This document shows, piece by piece, positions 48,960 to 61,169 of a stretch of DNA of 64,000 nt. How positions within the stretch are numbered: position 1 is the first letter of the stretch; each line of letters opens with the position of its first letter. Location of the stretch: contig NC_042997.1 of assembly GCF_006345805.1 (NCBI RefSeq), positions 209,188,001 to 209,252,000 on the forward strand, read 5' to 3'. A program made the translations under genes and the position numbers. Below the pieces are notes generated by a model. The model searched no databases. It worked only from the letters and a program-made list of their open reading frames with translations, and was not told the origin of the DNA. The DNA is from Octopus sinensis. Taxonomy: Eukaryota.

Positions 48960-49170
48960 TTTTACTCTTTTACTTGTTTCAGTCATTTGACTGCGGCCAT
49001 GCTGGAGCAACGCCTTTAGTCGAGCAAATCGACCCCCAGGACTTATTCTTTGTAAGCCTAGTACTTATTCTATCGGTCTCTTTTGCCGAACCGCTAAGTG
49101 ACGGGGACGTAAACACACCAGCATCGGTTGTTGAGCGATGTTGAGGGGACAAACACAGACACACACATAC

Positions 49171-49202
<32 letters not shown>

Positions 49203-49350
49203 ATAAGACAGGCTTCTTTCAGTTTCCGTCTACCAAATTCACTCACAGGGTTCTGGTTGGCCCGAGGCTATAGTAGAAGACACTTGCCAAGGTGCTACGC
49301 AGTGGGACTGAAGCCGGAACCATGTGGTTGGTAAGCAAGCTACTTACCAC
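48960..49350 (-). mobile_element. Young family A SINE (CpGs intact)
   Basis: CTTTTACTTGTTTCAGTCATTTGACTGCGGCC...GCCGAACCGCTAAGTGACGGGGACG. Confidence 0.85.
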
Positions 49351-49352
49351 AC

Positions 49353-49423
<71 letters not shown>

Positions 49424-49689
49424 AAGAAAGGCATAGGCATAACTATGTGGTTAAGATGCTTGCTTTGCAGCCACGCGGTTTCGGGTTCGGTCCCACAGCG
49501 AAGCACTCTTGACAAGTGTCTTCTATCACCCCGAGTCAACCAGTGGATTTGGGAGATAGAAACTAAAACAAGTGTGTGTGTGTGCGTGTGCACCCTTGCT
49601 GTGATAACATGTGGTGGTTGTGAATGAGCGCCACTGTCATACAAGCGGTATCGTTCATTCCTAATCTTCCGTGAATAATGTCTGACCAT

Positions 49690-50025
49690 GAGCTGATAGA
49701 ATCGTTAGCACGCCTTAGCGGTACTTCGTCAGCCGTTACGTTCTGAGTTCAAATTCCGCCGAGATTGACTTTGCCTTTCATCCTTTCGGGGTCGATAAAT
49801 TAAGTACCAGTTACACACTGGGGTCAATGTAATCGACTTAAGAAATAGATATTTCGTCAGCGGTTACGTTCTGAGTTCAAATTCCGCCGAGGTCTCGACT
49901 TTGCCTTTCGTTGATTAAATAAGTACCAGTAACACACGAGGGTCGATGTAATCAACTTAATCCCTTTGTCTGTCCTTGTTTGTCCCCTCTATGTTTTAGC
50001 TCCCTGTGGACAATAAAGAAATAAA
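49690..50025 (+). mobile_element. Family C SINE head-to-tail dimer
   Basis: Junction AAGAAATAGATATTTCGTC near 49840 is the same type as in the 7.7-8.7 kb array. Confidence 0.8.
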
Positions 50026-50745
50026 TATTACCCTGCTTGGAAATGGGGTGAAGATTATTGGCGGGAAGCGGATCCAGCTGTAGAAAATCTGCTTCACCGA
50101 ATTCCATGCAAACATCCATGAGAAAGAGGACTTTAAAAGCGATGATGACAAATGGGATGATGACGGTGATTGGATGATGATGTCCAACGCTTCCTTTATT
50201 TTTTCTCTCTCTTTCAAGACGGTAGCGTCATGGAACGAACAAGGGAGGTTTGCCTGCTATTTCTAGCAGGTCGAGCGACCGCGCAGACGCTGCCAGTCAC
50301 GGCATAGAAATAGAGGCACAGGGATGCAAGGGAAAGGGCGAGACACATGTTTGGTGCATTTAGGGGGGGGGTGCAGCGTGTGCAGCGGCGATAGTGCAGC
50401 CGTGAATGCCAAATGTGTTTACCGATGCAGTGAACCAATGACAACATTAACATAATGTGTCATCACAAACTGTTTTTATTGTTGGACCGTTTCTAGTGAA
50501 TAGGACACCATAGCATCCCTCCTCCTCACACCACCACCACCAGTCACTACTATGGTGGCAACATATGATTTATTAAGTGAGTCTGTTGTCACGATGTCAC
50601 ATTTATGGTAAATGGCGACAATTAATTAAGTCGACGTCCTCCAATTGAGAAAGGCTTCAATCCGTCGCCAATATAATGGCGTCTTTTTTTCGATAAGGCC
50701 GCCGCCACCACCACCACCATCATCATCACCGTTCCCCCTCTGAAA

Positions 50746-50787
<42 letters not shown>

Positions 50788-52539
50788 CGTACGTGTGTGT
50801 GTATGTGCGTGCGTGTGTGCGAGCGTGTTTGTGTGTGTGTCTGTGTATGCGTGCGTGTGTGTGTGTGTATGTGCGTGCGTGTGTGTGTGCGTGTGTTTGT
50901 GTGTGTGTGTATGTGTGTGTGTGTGTGAGCTGGCGCTCCGTCGGTCGCAGCGATGACTGATCTAGTTGATCCGATCGACGGAAGAACCTGCTCAAGAAAT
51001 CAATGTGCCGGAGGCTGAGCACTTCACAGACACGCGTAAGTGTAACGTAGTTCGTAGTTGTCAAGGAGATTCCGCGTGACACGGAATGTGTCAGACGAGG
51101 TCAGCTGTTTTGAAATAGACAAGGGCTGTTCATTTCCACCAGCTGAGTGGACTGGAATAACGTGACATGAAGTGTCTTGCTGAAGGACATAGTGCGCGCC
51201 CAGAAATCCAACCTTACGATCGAACACCACAAAGCACATATAGACGTGTGTGTGTGCGTGTGTGTGTGTGCGTTCATGCGTGTGTGTTTGTGTGCGTATG
51301 TATGCATGTGCGTGTTTGTGCGTGTATGTGTGTCTGTGTACGTAGAAGTGCGTGTGTTTGTGTGGGTGCGTGTTTGCATGTGTGTGCGCGTGTTTGCGTG
51401 TGTGTGCGTGTAACAGTGTGTGTGTGTGTGTGTGTGTATAGCCTAATCATCTAATTGTGACATGTTTGTCGCAACCCTAAACTCCGTTTGTTCCTTATCA
51501 CTGTTCGGCGCTGATATTGCTGTTCATATTCCGACCAGGCAGTCCACTAGTGCAACCTAATCACTAATGTTGATTGTTTTGTAGTCAAAGCTATGGCTTT
51601 GAATCTGTCCAGGGTTATCTCCCTTCGGTATTTCCCATTGACGAAGGCTAAAAAGCCAGAAGCACGCATCTGGGGATCTACCAGAGAGAAGCTCTCGATA
51701 CATATGATGTTTTCGCCCCTTCTTTTACCACAAGAGAGATTTTTTTTCCTCCACGGTAACTGCAGTGGATCTGCGTTTAAAAGTTAAAATGTGTCAAATG
51801 TATTTTAACTAACCTAAAATCCATGTATGCTTAATCCCTGCTTGGCGCTGATAATGCTACACACACACACACGCACACACTGGGCATTTTTTTTCGGACG
51901 AATGAAATGAGTACTCAATACATGTAAAAGACATTTTTTTAAAAATTGAAATTGAAACTGAGAGTCTGTCTCCCATGTCGAGTTTCACACTACTGTGTTC
52001 TCGCCTGAAGATCGCAGTTGCATGAAACTTGGTTCACGAGACAAACTCCAGTTTCACACACACACACACACAGAGCTGGCGTACTTTAGGACTTTCCAAA
52101 CAAAATGCCTGAGAATCGGCTTGCAGATGATAACACTGTATGTCCGTCCGATCCATGTAAGCATGAAAAAGCAGATAATAAAAATGACAATGAATGCCCC
52201 AACCTCAAGGCGTATGCCTTAGCTCGACGCTCGGCGGCGGAATTCTGGGACGGCGACTCCGGCTAACGTCCCTCCCCCCGCCTTGTTCAAAGAGATCGAG
52301 ACAAAAACAATCGTTTGCTTACGACTCGAGTGACATATTAAGTAGAGCATCTTCCACACGACATAATTCGCGAAAGAAATTAAGGCGGTGCTCCAGTATG
52401 ACCATAATCAAAATGACTGAAACAAGTAAAAAAATAAATGAATATATATATATATATATGTGTGTGTGTATGTGTATATATATATACATATATATATATG
52501 ATATATGATATAAAATAAAATAAATAAATGGGCCTTTTT

Positions 52540-52767
52540 AAAGCCTAGCCAGGCTCATGAGTCCGGTTTCTATGGCGTATGTGTTTCCCAGCTAGACGGG
52601 ACGCCAGTCCATCGCAGCGTTACTCATTTTTGCCAGCTGAGTGGACTGGAGCAACGTGAAATGAAGTGTTTTGATCAAGAACACAACGCGTCGCCCGGTC
52701 CAGGAATCGAAACCACAATCTTACGATCATGGTACTGACACCCTAACCACTAAGCCACGCGCCTCCA
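52540..52767 (-). mobile_element. tRNA-derived SINE family D (Meta/V-like central domain)
   Basis: GGCGCGTGGCTTAGTGGTTAGGG head; GTGTTCTTGATCAAAACACTTCATTTCACGTTGCTCCAGTCCACTCAGC; CTGCGATGGACTGGCGTCCCGTC. Confidence 0.8.
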
Positions 52768-52778
52768 CAATAATAATA

Positions 52779-52810
<32 letters not shown>

Positions 52811-52812
52811 TA

Positions 52813-52890
<78 letters not shown>

Positions 52891-52989
52891 CGGTGCTCCA
52901 GCATGGCCGCAATCAAAATGACTGAAACAAGTAAAAGAGTGTATATATATATATGTACCAAACTTTGACTTTAAAAGTTACACAAACAG

Positions 52990-53330
52990 TAGAACAAGGC
53001 GCTACTGCGTCGTACCAAATATTCCAGCATCGCCATCATGATAAAGATACTGCAACAACTTGGGTTCCAAGGACCCAACAGCTTTTCAATATCCTGCCAC
53101 AAGGCCTAAGAGACCTACATGCGGTGGATGTGTCTTCAAAACAAAATTGGATTTCCCCGCTGTTCAAGAGTTCCGGATGAGCCTACGTCGCCGCGGGAAA
53201 CTCAGATGAGATGAGCAGCAGCATCAGACACCGTCAGTCACCAAATGTCACACATCGGAGGAGGTTTCAAGCTATGAAAGTACAACAAAGCTGACGGCAG
53301 TGCCCCGCGGCTCTCGGCGGATACTAATTA
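52990..53330 (+). mobile_element. CR1-group LINE 3' end (decayed)
   Basis: QLFNILPQGLRDLHAVDV-/-FKTKLD-/-SRVPDEPTSPRETQMR*AAASD; frameshifted. Confidence 0.7.
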
Positions 53331-55076
53331 AAGACACGTGGGAGAGATATAGCACACCTGATCAAGGTGTCTCGCATTAGAAGCAAACCAAGAACAAAGT
53401 GATTGCGAACCGAACTTTTCTTTGATACATTTATGATTGGAATCGTATTCTATCCCAAGTCAATCGCGATAATCATAACCGTAATCATCCCGCCAGTTTC
53501 TATTATAGGGACTACAACACAAGTAAAGCAATCTTTCGGTATTGGTAGACATTCACCACACAATTTTCAATAATGACAGAGAAAGGGACTAAGCTGATAA
53601 AGAGAGTGAATGACATCGTCTTCTTATACTGACATTCTTGGAGATCAATACCGAAGGATCGCCACGGCTAAATTTCGATATGAGTACATACTTGTCAAAA
53701 AACGCACGTGTATTTGTTTATGTTTCTGAAGAAGATCGTCGCTTTCCGTAAAAAAAAATTTTTTTTTAAATATATATGTGGGGGTGGGGGTGGAGAAGGA
53801 GATCCTTTGAAGTTGGCGTAAAAGCGAAAGAGAGAGAGAGAGCGCGCGATTGGATCAGGGATGTTCTTTTGAAGTTGGCGTGCCGTGTGTGTGTTTGATG
53901 GGGTGTGCGAGACAGAAAGTGTGGTGTGTATGTGGTGCGGTTTTTAGGGAGATGTAGTTGCTATTTCTGGCGACTCGACATACCCGCACAACGTCTCCTT
54001 CATTGGCTCAGGTTGTTGTTGTTGTTGCTGTTGGTCCTGATGAGTCACATCAGCAAATGTAACACCTGTGAAATCAGACAATAAATTGAGACAGGTATGG
54101 GGTGGGGGGTGGGGGTGAAGGCCGTTGTCATGGCGGCGGTGGATGCGGTGTGTTTAATAGCGTGTTGGTGAAGAAGGTGGGGAAGGTGTGTTGTTGTTGC
54201 TGGTGGTGGTGGTGGTGTCTGTAGTGAGGGGATGTCAGTAATGTCACTGGTTGTGATGTTGTTTAGCCCTAGCCCAACCTTGATCCAGTAAACCCACAAC
54301 GAAGGTCATCCAACTCACCGCCATCTCTTTTCTCAACTCCCTATAGTAGTAGTAGTTTGGGAGCATGCGCAGTAACAGCGCGCCTCTGCATCCACCAATC
54401 GGCGCCTTTGACATCACTCAGGCAATAACCGTCCACCAACCCATGGGTCTGTTTTGGGTAGTTGTTGCGCTTATGAGGTCGGAGTGCAAATCCTACCTAA
54501 ACCTCTTTTTAGTCGCCTTTTACGACAGGCACAAGAAACGTTGGACCTATTCTTTGATATGCCGATCCTCGAACAGCACTAGAGCAACGTAGAACGAAGT
54601 GTTTTGCTCAAGAACACAACACGATGTCCGGTCCGATCAATTAGTAAACACACGTTAGATTTTTCGGTGCCGGTGTAGTAGTATGTGATCTACATGCCAT
54701 TGTGACCATCCGCCATTTTTTTGAGAAGACGAATTTTAGCTTCGAGCCACGACGGCGCAATGTTCTGCATACGTGTTCCATCTTGGCGATTAACACAGAT
54801 CAAAAAGTCAGTGTAGATCACAAACTATACCAGAAACCTGTATGTATATCACATACTACACCGGCACCGATGTTTCTATAGACGCCTACAACGGAACTGT
54901 ACCTCCTTGTTGTACCAATTTATAACTAAGCGAACTGAGCCATCGAATGCTAGAGTATCTTTGGTAAGATCCTACTACAGCCGTCACTTTACTTTCTGTA
55001 AAAGCAGCGATACTCACCCACCAATGGTGTTTTTCGCAATTTTACCCCGGTATTATTATAGTCCGTAAAGGTACGT

Positions 55077-55538
55077 GGCCTAGGTGTTAGGGTGTTGCAC
55101 TCACGATCTTGCAATTGAGGTTTCGATTCCCTGGCCGGGCGGTGCATTGAATTCTTGAGCAAAACACTTCATTTCACTTGCTTCGGTCCACTCAGCTGTG
55201 AATGAGTAAAAACTGGTACTCCGTCGGTTGCAACGACGTGTGTTCCAGTCGATTTGATCAACGGAACAGCCTGCGCATGAAATTAATGTACAAGTGGCTG
55301 AGCACTCCACAGACCCACGTGCTCTTAACATAGTTCTCAGGGAGATTCAGTGTGACACAGAATGTGACAAGGCTGGCCCATTGCATTACAGGTACAACTT
55401 ATTCGTGCCAGCAGAGTGAACTGGAACAACATGAAATATAATGTCTTGCTCAAGGAAACAATGCGCCGCCGGATATCGAACTTATGACCTTACGATCCTG
55501 AACCGGATACCCTAACCACTAAGCCACGCGCCTTCACA
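55077..55538. mobile_element. Two family D SINEs tail-to-tail (plus 55077-55212, minus 55214-55538)
   Basis: Two tRNA-like heads at the outer ends, both with B-box-like TTCGA.TCC. Confidence 0.75.
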
Positions 55539-55679
55539 CTGTAAATGATAAGTCTATACGCCATGGAAACCGGGTAACAGGTCCTACGAGTGTTGGGACT
55601 CGAGACAGTAATGTCCAATGTATTACATGGTCAGTCAGTCTCTCTCTTTGCACACACACTCACACTACGAGTAGTTACT

Positions 55680-56050
55680 TTGTCGTGGCCGATGCCAGTG
55701 CCGCCTGACTGGCACCCGTGCCGGTGGCACGTAAAAAGCACCATTCGAGCATGACTGATACCAACCAGTGCAGCCTGACTGGGTCCCATACGGATGGCAC
55801 ATAAAAAAGCACCATTCGAGCATGACTGATATCAGTGCCGCCTGGCTGGCACCCGTGTCGGTGGCACGTAAAAAGCACCCACTACACTCTCAGAGTGGTT
55901 GGCGTGAGGAAGGGCATCCAGCTGTAGAAACCTTGCCAGACCAGATTGGTGCCTGGTGCAGCCTCCTGGCTTGCCAGTTCCCAGTCAAACCGTCCAATCC
56001 ATGCCAGCATGGAAAGCGGATGTTAAACAACGATGATGATGATGATGATG
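55680..56050 (+). mobile_element. Family B copy, young
   Basis: Three GGCAC(G/A)TAAAAAGCACC units, GGAAGGGCATCCAGC, (ATG)n tail. Confidence 0.85.
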
Positions 56051-56708
56051 AGTATTTGTTTTAAACCCTATGGACTCTGGGTTACGTTGATAATTAACAA
56101 CACATGAACATCACGGTCTCCAGTCCTGGAACTCATAGGGCTGATCGTCCAGTTTCCATGACATGTATAAGTGGACGAGATCAAAGCATTCCCCCCGATC
56201 GGAAGGTTTGTCCATCAGAGAGAGAGGATCGCCTATTTATAGGTGAGTGTAGTGGAGCAACGTGGAACGAAGTGTCTTTTACTCGAGAACACAGCGCATC
56301 GCTTGGACGAGGATCTTTGCAATCGTGAGAGCAACACACCAACTACAGAACCATGCACCTTCACAACATCAATACAATGAAGATGAAAATGTAGAGGTCC
56401 AAACTAATGATGCTTGCACTTTTGTCTCAGCCAGGAATATTTCCTTTTTTGGGAATATTTGAAGACAAAATAATCTCATGCTGTATTGTCTCTGATAAAG
56501 TGGTGGCAATCAGGTCAGTGTTGCTAATTAGCATCACGACTAGTGTAAAGTAATTACAATATTCAACAGTAACTTTACACCAGAGTTATTCAATGACAGC
56601 GACATCTGGCGGGAAGAAACGTTGAGCTAGAATTTCAAAACAATCGGAGACAGAAATAATTCACGGTTACACGAGTGAGTGTTGTAGCCTATTTCATATA
56701 CTCGCTCG

Positions 56709-56775
<67 letters not shown>

Positions 56776-56777
<2 letters not shown>

Positions 56778-57330
56778 GCCCTGATGCAGTACCAGGCAGT
56801 GGCTCTCATGGCTTCTGATCTTAACTGATTGCAAGTGTTATCATGTACATTGTTCTGTCTTGGTATAAAAGATGGGCTACAGCAAATATTCTGCTCAATA
56901 CCACAGATTTGCTTGTCAGTTATTTGACCTTAACCAGTTGAGCATGTCCCTTAGTGGCTGACGATATGTGCATCTCTGATCACGAGCAGAAGTAGTGGGG
57001 GAGCATCATAGCCGTGTGTTGAGAGGGATTCTTTGGGGTTTGAATAATTCACCTCTGGAATCATGGGTGTTTCGTTCAACATCCTTAAACAACCCTTATT
57101 CAGGGACCGTTTGAGTGGGATAGGTTACTCGACCAGAAGAAAATTCTAACTGGGCCCCACCTGCAAGGTCATGTGCTGTTTATCCTGATATGAGATCACC
57201 ATGTCGTGCACATATGGTTGTGATGCATGTGCCTAATGTACCCTTATCAGACGGGTAGTCATGATGGGTATACTGGGCTTCGTATATTTACCCCAGTGTC
57301 ACTTTGATGGCATGCACTGCTCTCTCATTC
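56776..57330. mobile_element. ~555-bp non-coding element flanked on both sides by (AAT)n
   Basis: (AAT)n at 56710-56774 and 57331-57349; no ORF and no TIRs; classification uncertain. Confidence 0.55.
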
Positions 57331-57796
57331 AATAATAATAATAATAATAGCCCCCAATAATAATAATAGCCAAATAACCCCCCCAAACCACACCCAATTT
57401 ATAGGAAGGACACATAAGACAATGTTCTAAATATGCTCGTAAGTTTAGTGTAAGCTGCGGCCGGAATACCTTTGATGATTGCCATTGAAGTCAGTTACCG
57501 TGGTTCTCCATTTAGTGCGCTCACTAGCGTAGCTAGGGGAGGACGATCCCTCCCCCCAAGCGGCTCTTTTAAAGGGACACCACTTTTGCGTCTGCTGTAG
57601 GCAATATGTTTTTTGTGGGGTTCGGGACCCGCAAACAGAAGGGAGGAGCAGTGATGGTAAAGGTGTGCTATTGGTGGTGGTGTCGGTGGGGGAGGCGATA
57701 GTGGTGGTAGAGGAGGAGGTAATGGTGTTGTGCTGGTGTGTGTGTGTAGGGGGGGGGGTAATTAGTATTGGTAGTGAGTGCGCCATTTCCTGCAGA

Positions 57797-58100
57797 AGAC
57801 AGATAGGTCTGGAACCCAGACAACTGAAGAAAGCCATCGAGGAAATGGGCAGGGCAGCTGAAACTAGCTCAAGATGGCAGTGCGAGCGGGAACTCTTCCG
57901 TAGGGGAACACAAGCTCAGTCCTCGCTGCCTCACTCAGGTAAAGCAAACAGGCTAAGGTGGTGGGGTGCTTGCAACCCGGAGGATACCTGCTGACGATAG
58001 AGACGGGCTTCCAGCATTGCAATGGAATCTATAGGAGCTTACAAAACCTCGGAGTAGCTCCCGGGGTTTCTGCATAAGGCAAATCATCTCTGATGTTTAT
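57797..58100 (+). mobile_element. HERO-like (R2 group, RLE) LINE 3' end
   Basis: RQIGLEPRQLKKAIEEMGRAAETSSRWQ resembles the HERO C-terminal ..AI....AE.ASRWLW motif. Confidence 0.55.
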
Positions 58101-58140
58101 TTTACCTATTCGATCAAGGGTGACTTGGAGCTAAGTATCG

Positions 58141-58188
<48 letters not shown>

Positions 58189-58200
58189 ACAGTAGCAGCA

Positions 58201-58570
58201 GGAGGCGCAATGGCCCAGTAGTTAGGGCAGCGGACTCGCGGTCGGAGGATCGCAGTTTCGATTCCCAGACCGGACGTTGTGTGTGTTTATTGAGCGAAAA
58301 CACCTAAAGCTCCACGAGACTCCGGCAGGGGTTGGTGGCGACCCCTGTTGTACTCTTTCGCTCCAACTTTCTCTCACTCTTTCTTCCTGTTTCTTGTCCC
58401 CGACTTCCTACGCAACCGCTGAGCCCGGATGCGCATTCATCCATCCGTCGATGCTCTCGGTGTCGGGGGTTGACCTGCTTTCTCTTCTGCGGGTCTTACG
58501 AATAGCAAGGGACCACGTTTTGGACTTCTCCCACTAAAGGGATGAAGACCGCTTCGCTCAACAGCAACAG
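58201..58570 (+). mobile_element. tRNA-derived SINE family I
   Basis: A-box TGGCCCAGTAG (58211), B-box GTTTCGATTCC (58255). Confidence 0.8.
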
Positions 58571-60371
58571 CACCACCGCCACCACGGCAGTAGATTTATA
58601 GCGTCACTCACTCAAACCACACTCCACTCAGTCACACAACACTCCACTCACACTAGACACGCCACAAATCCCCAATTCCTTCACATTTTCTTGGGAGATC
58701 ACGTGACTTGACATTTCTGTTGCGGGACGCTCGCCTGTTAGTGGTACTGATGGCATTGGTGGTAGTAGTGATGGTACCAGACATGGTAGTAATGGTACTG
58801 AGTGTGGTGGTGGCGGTGGTGATGATGATAGCAAAGTGCCAATGATAATGGTGGTGGTGGTGGTTGTTTTTGTAGTAGTCGTCGTCATAATAGTAGTAGT
58901 AACAGTAGTAGTAGTAGTAGTAGCAGCAGCAGTTGTGAAGCTGATAGTGGTGGTGGTGGGAGGGGGTAGATAACATATCCAGACGATAGACTCGAAACCG
59001 CTTAATCGCCACGTAAACGTCTGTAGTTGAAATGTCAAGTTGACCCTAGCCAGGTTTGAACTCAGACACTGAAGAATCACCGCCTGCCGTTTTACCGCGT
59101 CGACTGCAGTGAAGAGAGAGAGCACGGAGCTGTGGCTGCCACAGATGAAGCTTTCCTACGTCTGTACAGTGGATATGTAACCATAGAGACGATGGCGGGG
59201 GGGAGGGGCTAATGGTAGTAATGGTGGCAGGAGTTGCGCTGGTGGTTGAGGTGACATTAAATTGTGGTAGTTGTGGTGGTAGTTTTGCTTGTGGTAAGTT
59301 TGAGGTAACGATGGTGGTGGTGGTGGTGGTAGTAGCAGTGATGGTAAAGACGTGGCTATTTGTGGTGGTGGTGGAGGTAGCGGCGATGGTGGTGATGGTG
59401 GTGGTGGTAGAGGAGGTAGTGGTATTGTGGTGGGGGGTAATTAGTCTTAGCCGTGGTGGCGCCGGTGGTAGTGACATGGTGAATGTTCAGTGTTTGAACT
59501 CCGGGTCAGTCCTGGATCAAACTGATCTAAGATAAAAAAAAACAAAAAAACATCCCGGCCGTGACCATCCCGTCTTATTCTAAATGTGCAGGGGATCCCG
59601 GGACGTTATATCTAATCTAATTTGTCCGTTTTTATATTAAAGACGGTGGTGGGTTGATGGAGATTTAGCTGCTATTTTTAGCCGATCAAAGACTGCCATT
59701 AGAGACTCCTTCGTTGCCCCCCTCCCCCCAGTGACAGGTTGCGTGGGCGGTAGGAGGGGGAGATAGTTGCGCTCAGTTGTTCTTGACCTGCAGGACTTGG
59801 AGAGCACAGCTACTACTACTACTACTACTACTAAGACCGTCGCCATCTCTATCACCACCGCAACCACCGCCTCAACTGCATCTCAGTCTTCACCACCACC
59901 ACCTCTACTACCACCTCAACTACCTCCGCCACAACCACAACCGTCACCACTCTATCACAGCCAATCATTTCAATAGGGGAGCTTTCTTCCTTTGTCAGTC
60001 AGTCAACCAACTCCCTCGACAAACTCTGTCCCCCTTTTTTTAAAATGCAAAATGGTTGGAACCACGTGTTTTATGACGACATGTGTCCCACATAATGTCG
60101 ACGTGACCAGATTGCTGAACCAGCCGAATCCCGTCAAAACTGCGGCCTGTGTAGATACTGTATATATTTTTTATTCTTTTATTTTTGGTTTTAGTCATGT
60201 GACTGCGGCTATGCTGGAGCACCGCCTTTAGTCGGACAAATCCACCCCGGGACTTATTCTTTGTAAGCCTAGTACTTATTCTATCGGTCTCTCTTGTTGC
60301 CGAATCGCTAAGTTACGGGGACGTAAACACACCAACATCGGTAGTCAGGCGATGGTGGGAGACAAACACAG

Positions 60372-60434
<63 letters not shown>

Positions 60435-60497
60435 TAATCCAAACAACGAGGATGTGGAACAAATATAGTATTATTGGACGCTCAGGGAAGAAGGAGG

Positions 60498-60532
60498 GTA
60501 TGACGTTTCGAGCGGAGCTCTTCGTCGGAAAC
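60498..60532 (-). ncRNA. Minimal hammerhead-like motif, family H2 (U4C variant)
   Basis: GTTT-CCGACGA-A-GAGC TCC GCTC-GAAAC-GTC^ATAC; intact ACGT palindrome; lies in a ~175-bp element between two (TA)n tracts. Confidence 0.55.
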
Positions 60533-60598
60533 ATAGGAGAAAGAAAGACCCCGATACGGGAGGACAGAGGAAAAAATTGCAGGTAGTCTTCACGAGGT

Positions 60599-60636
<38 letters not shown>

Positions 60637-60639
60637 ATG

Positions 60640-60990
60640 GGGCTCCTTTCAGTTTCCGTCTACCAAATCCACTCACAACGCTTTAGTTGGGCCGAGGCTA
60701 TAGTGGAAGGCACTTGCCCAAGGTGCCACGCAGTAGGACTGAACTCGGAACCATGTGGTTGGGAAGCAAGCTTCTTACCACACAGCCACTCCTATATGTG
60801 TGTGTGTGTGTCTTTGTGTCTGTGTTTGTTCCCCACCACCGGTTAATAACTGCTGTTGGTGTGTTTACGTCCCAGTAAAAATTATCAGAATAAAGGGTTA
60901 AAGAATAGTTCATGGGGTCGATTCGTTCAGCTAAGAATTTTTGATGGCGGTGTGCTCCAGCATGGCCGCAGTCTTACCACCGAAACAAGT
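60640..60990. mobile_element. Family A SINE pieces (5' half minus 60640-60793, 3' half plus to 60990)
   Basis: Core and head read on minus; the tail GCTCCAGCATGGCCGCAGTC reads on plus. Confidence 0.7.
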
Positions 60991-61093
60991 AAAAGATAGA
61001 AAGATAAGTTGACAGTTTACAAACACACACACACATGCATATATATATATATATATGTACACGTAGCTGACTGTATGTGTGTACACAGCTGAT

Positions 61094-61126
<33 letters not shown>

Positions 61127-61169
61127 ATTTTTGTTTATATATTTTTTTTAATTTGAACTGGAGTTGAGA

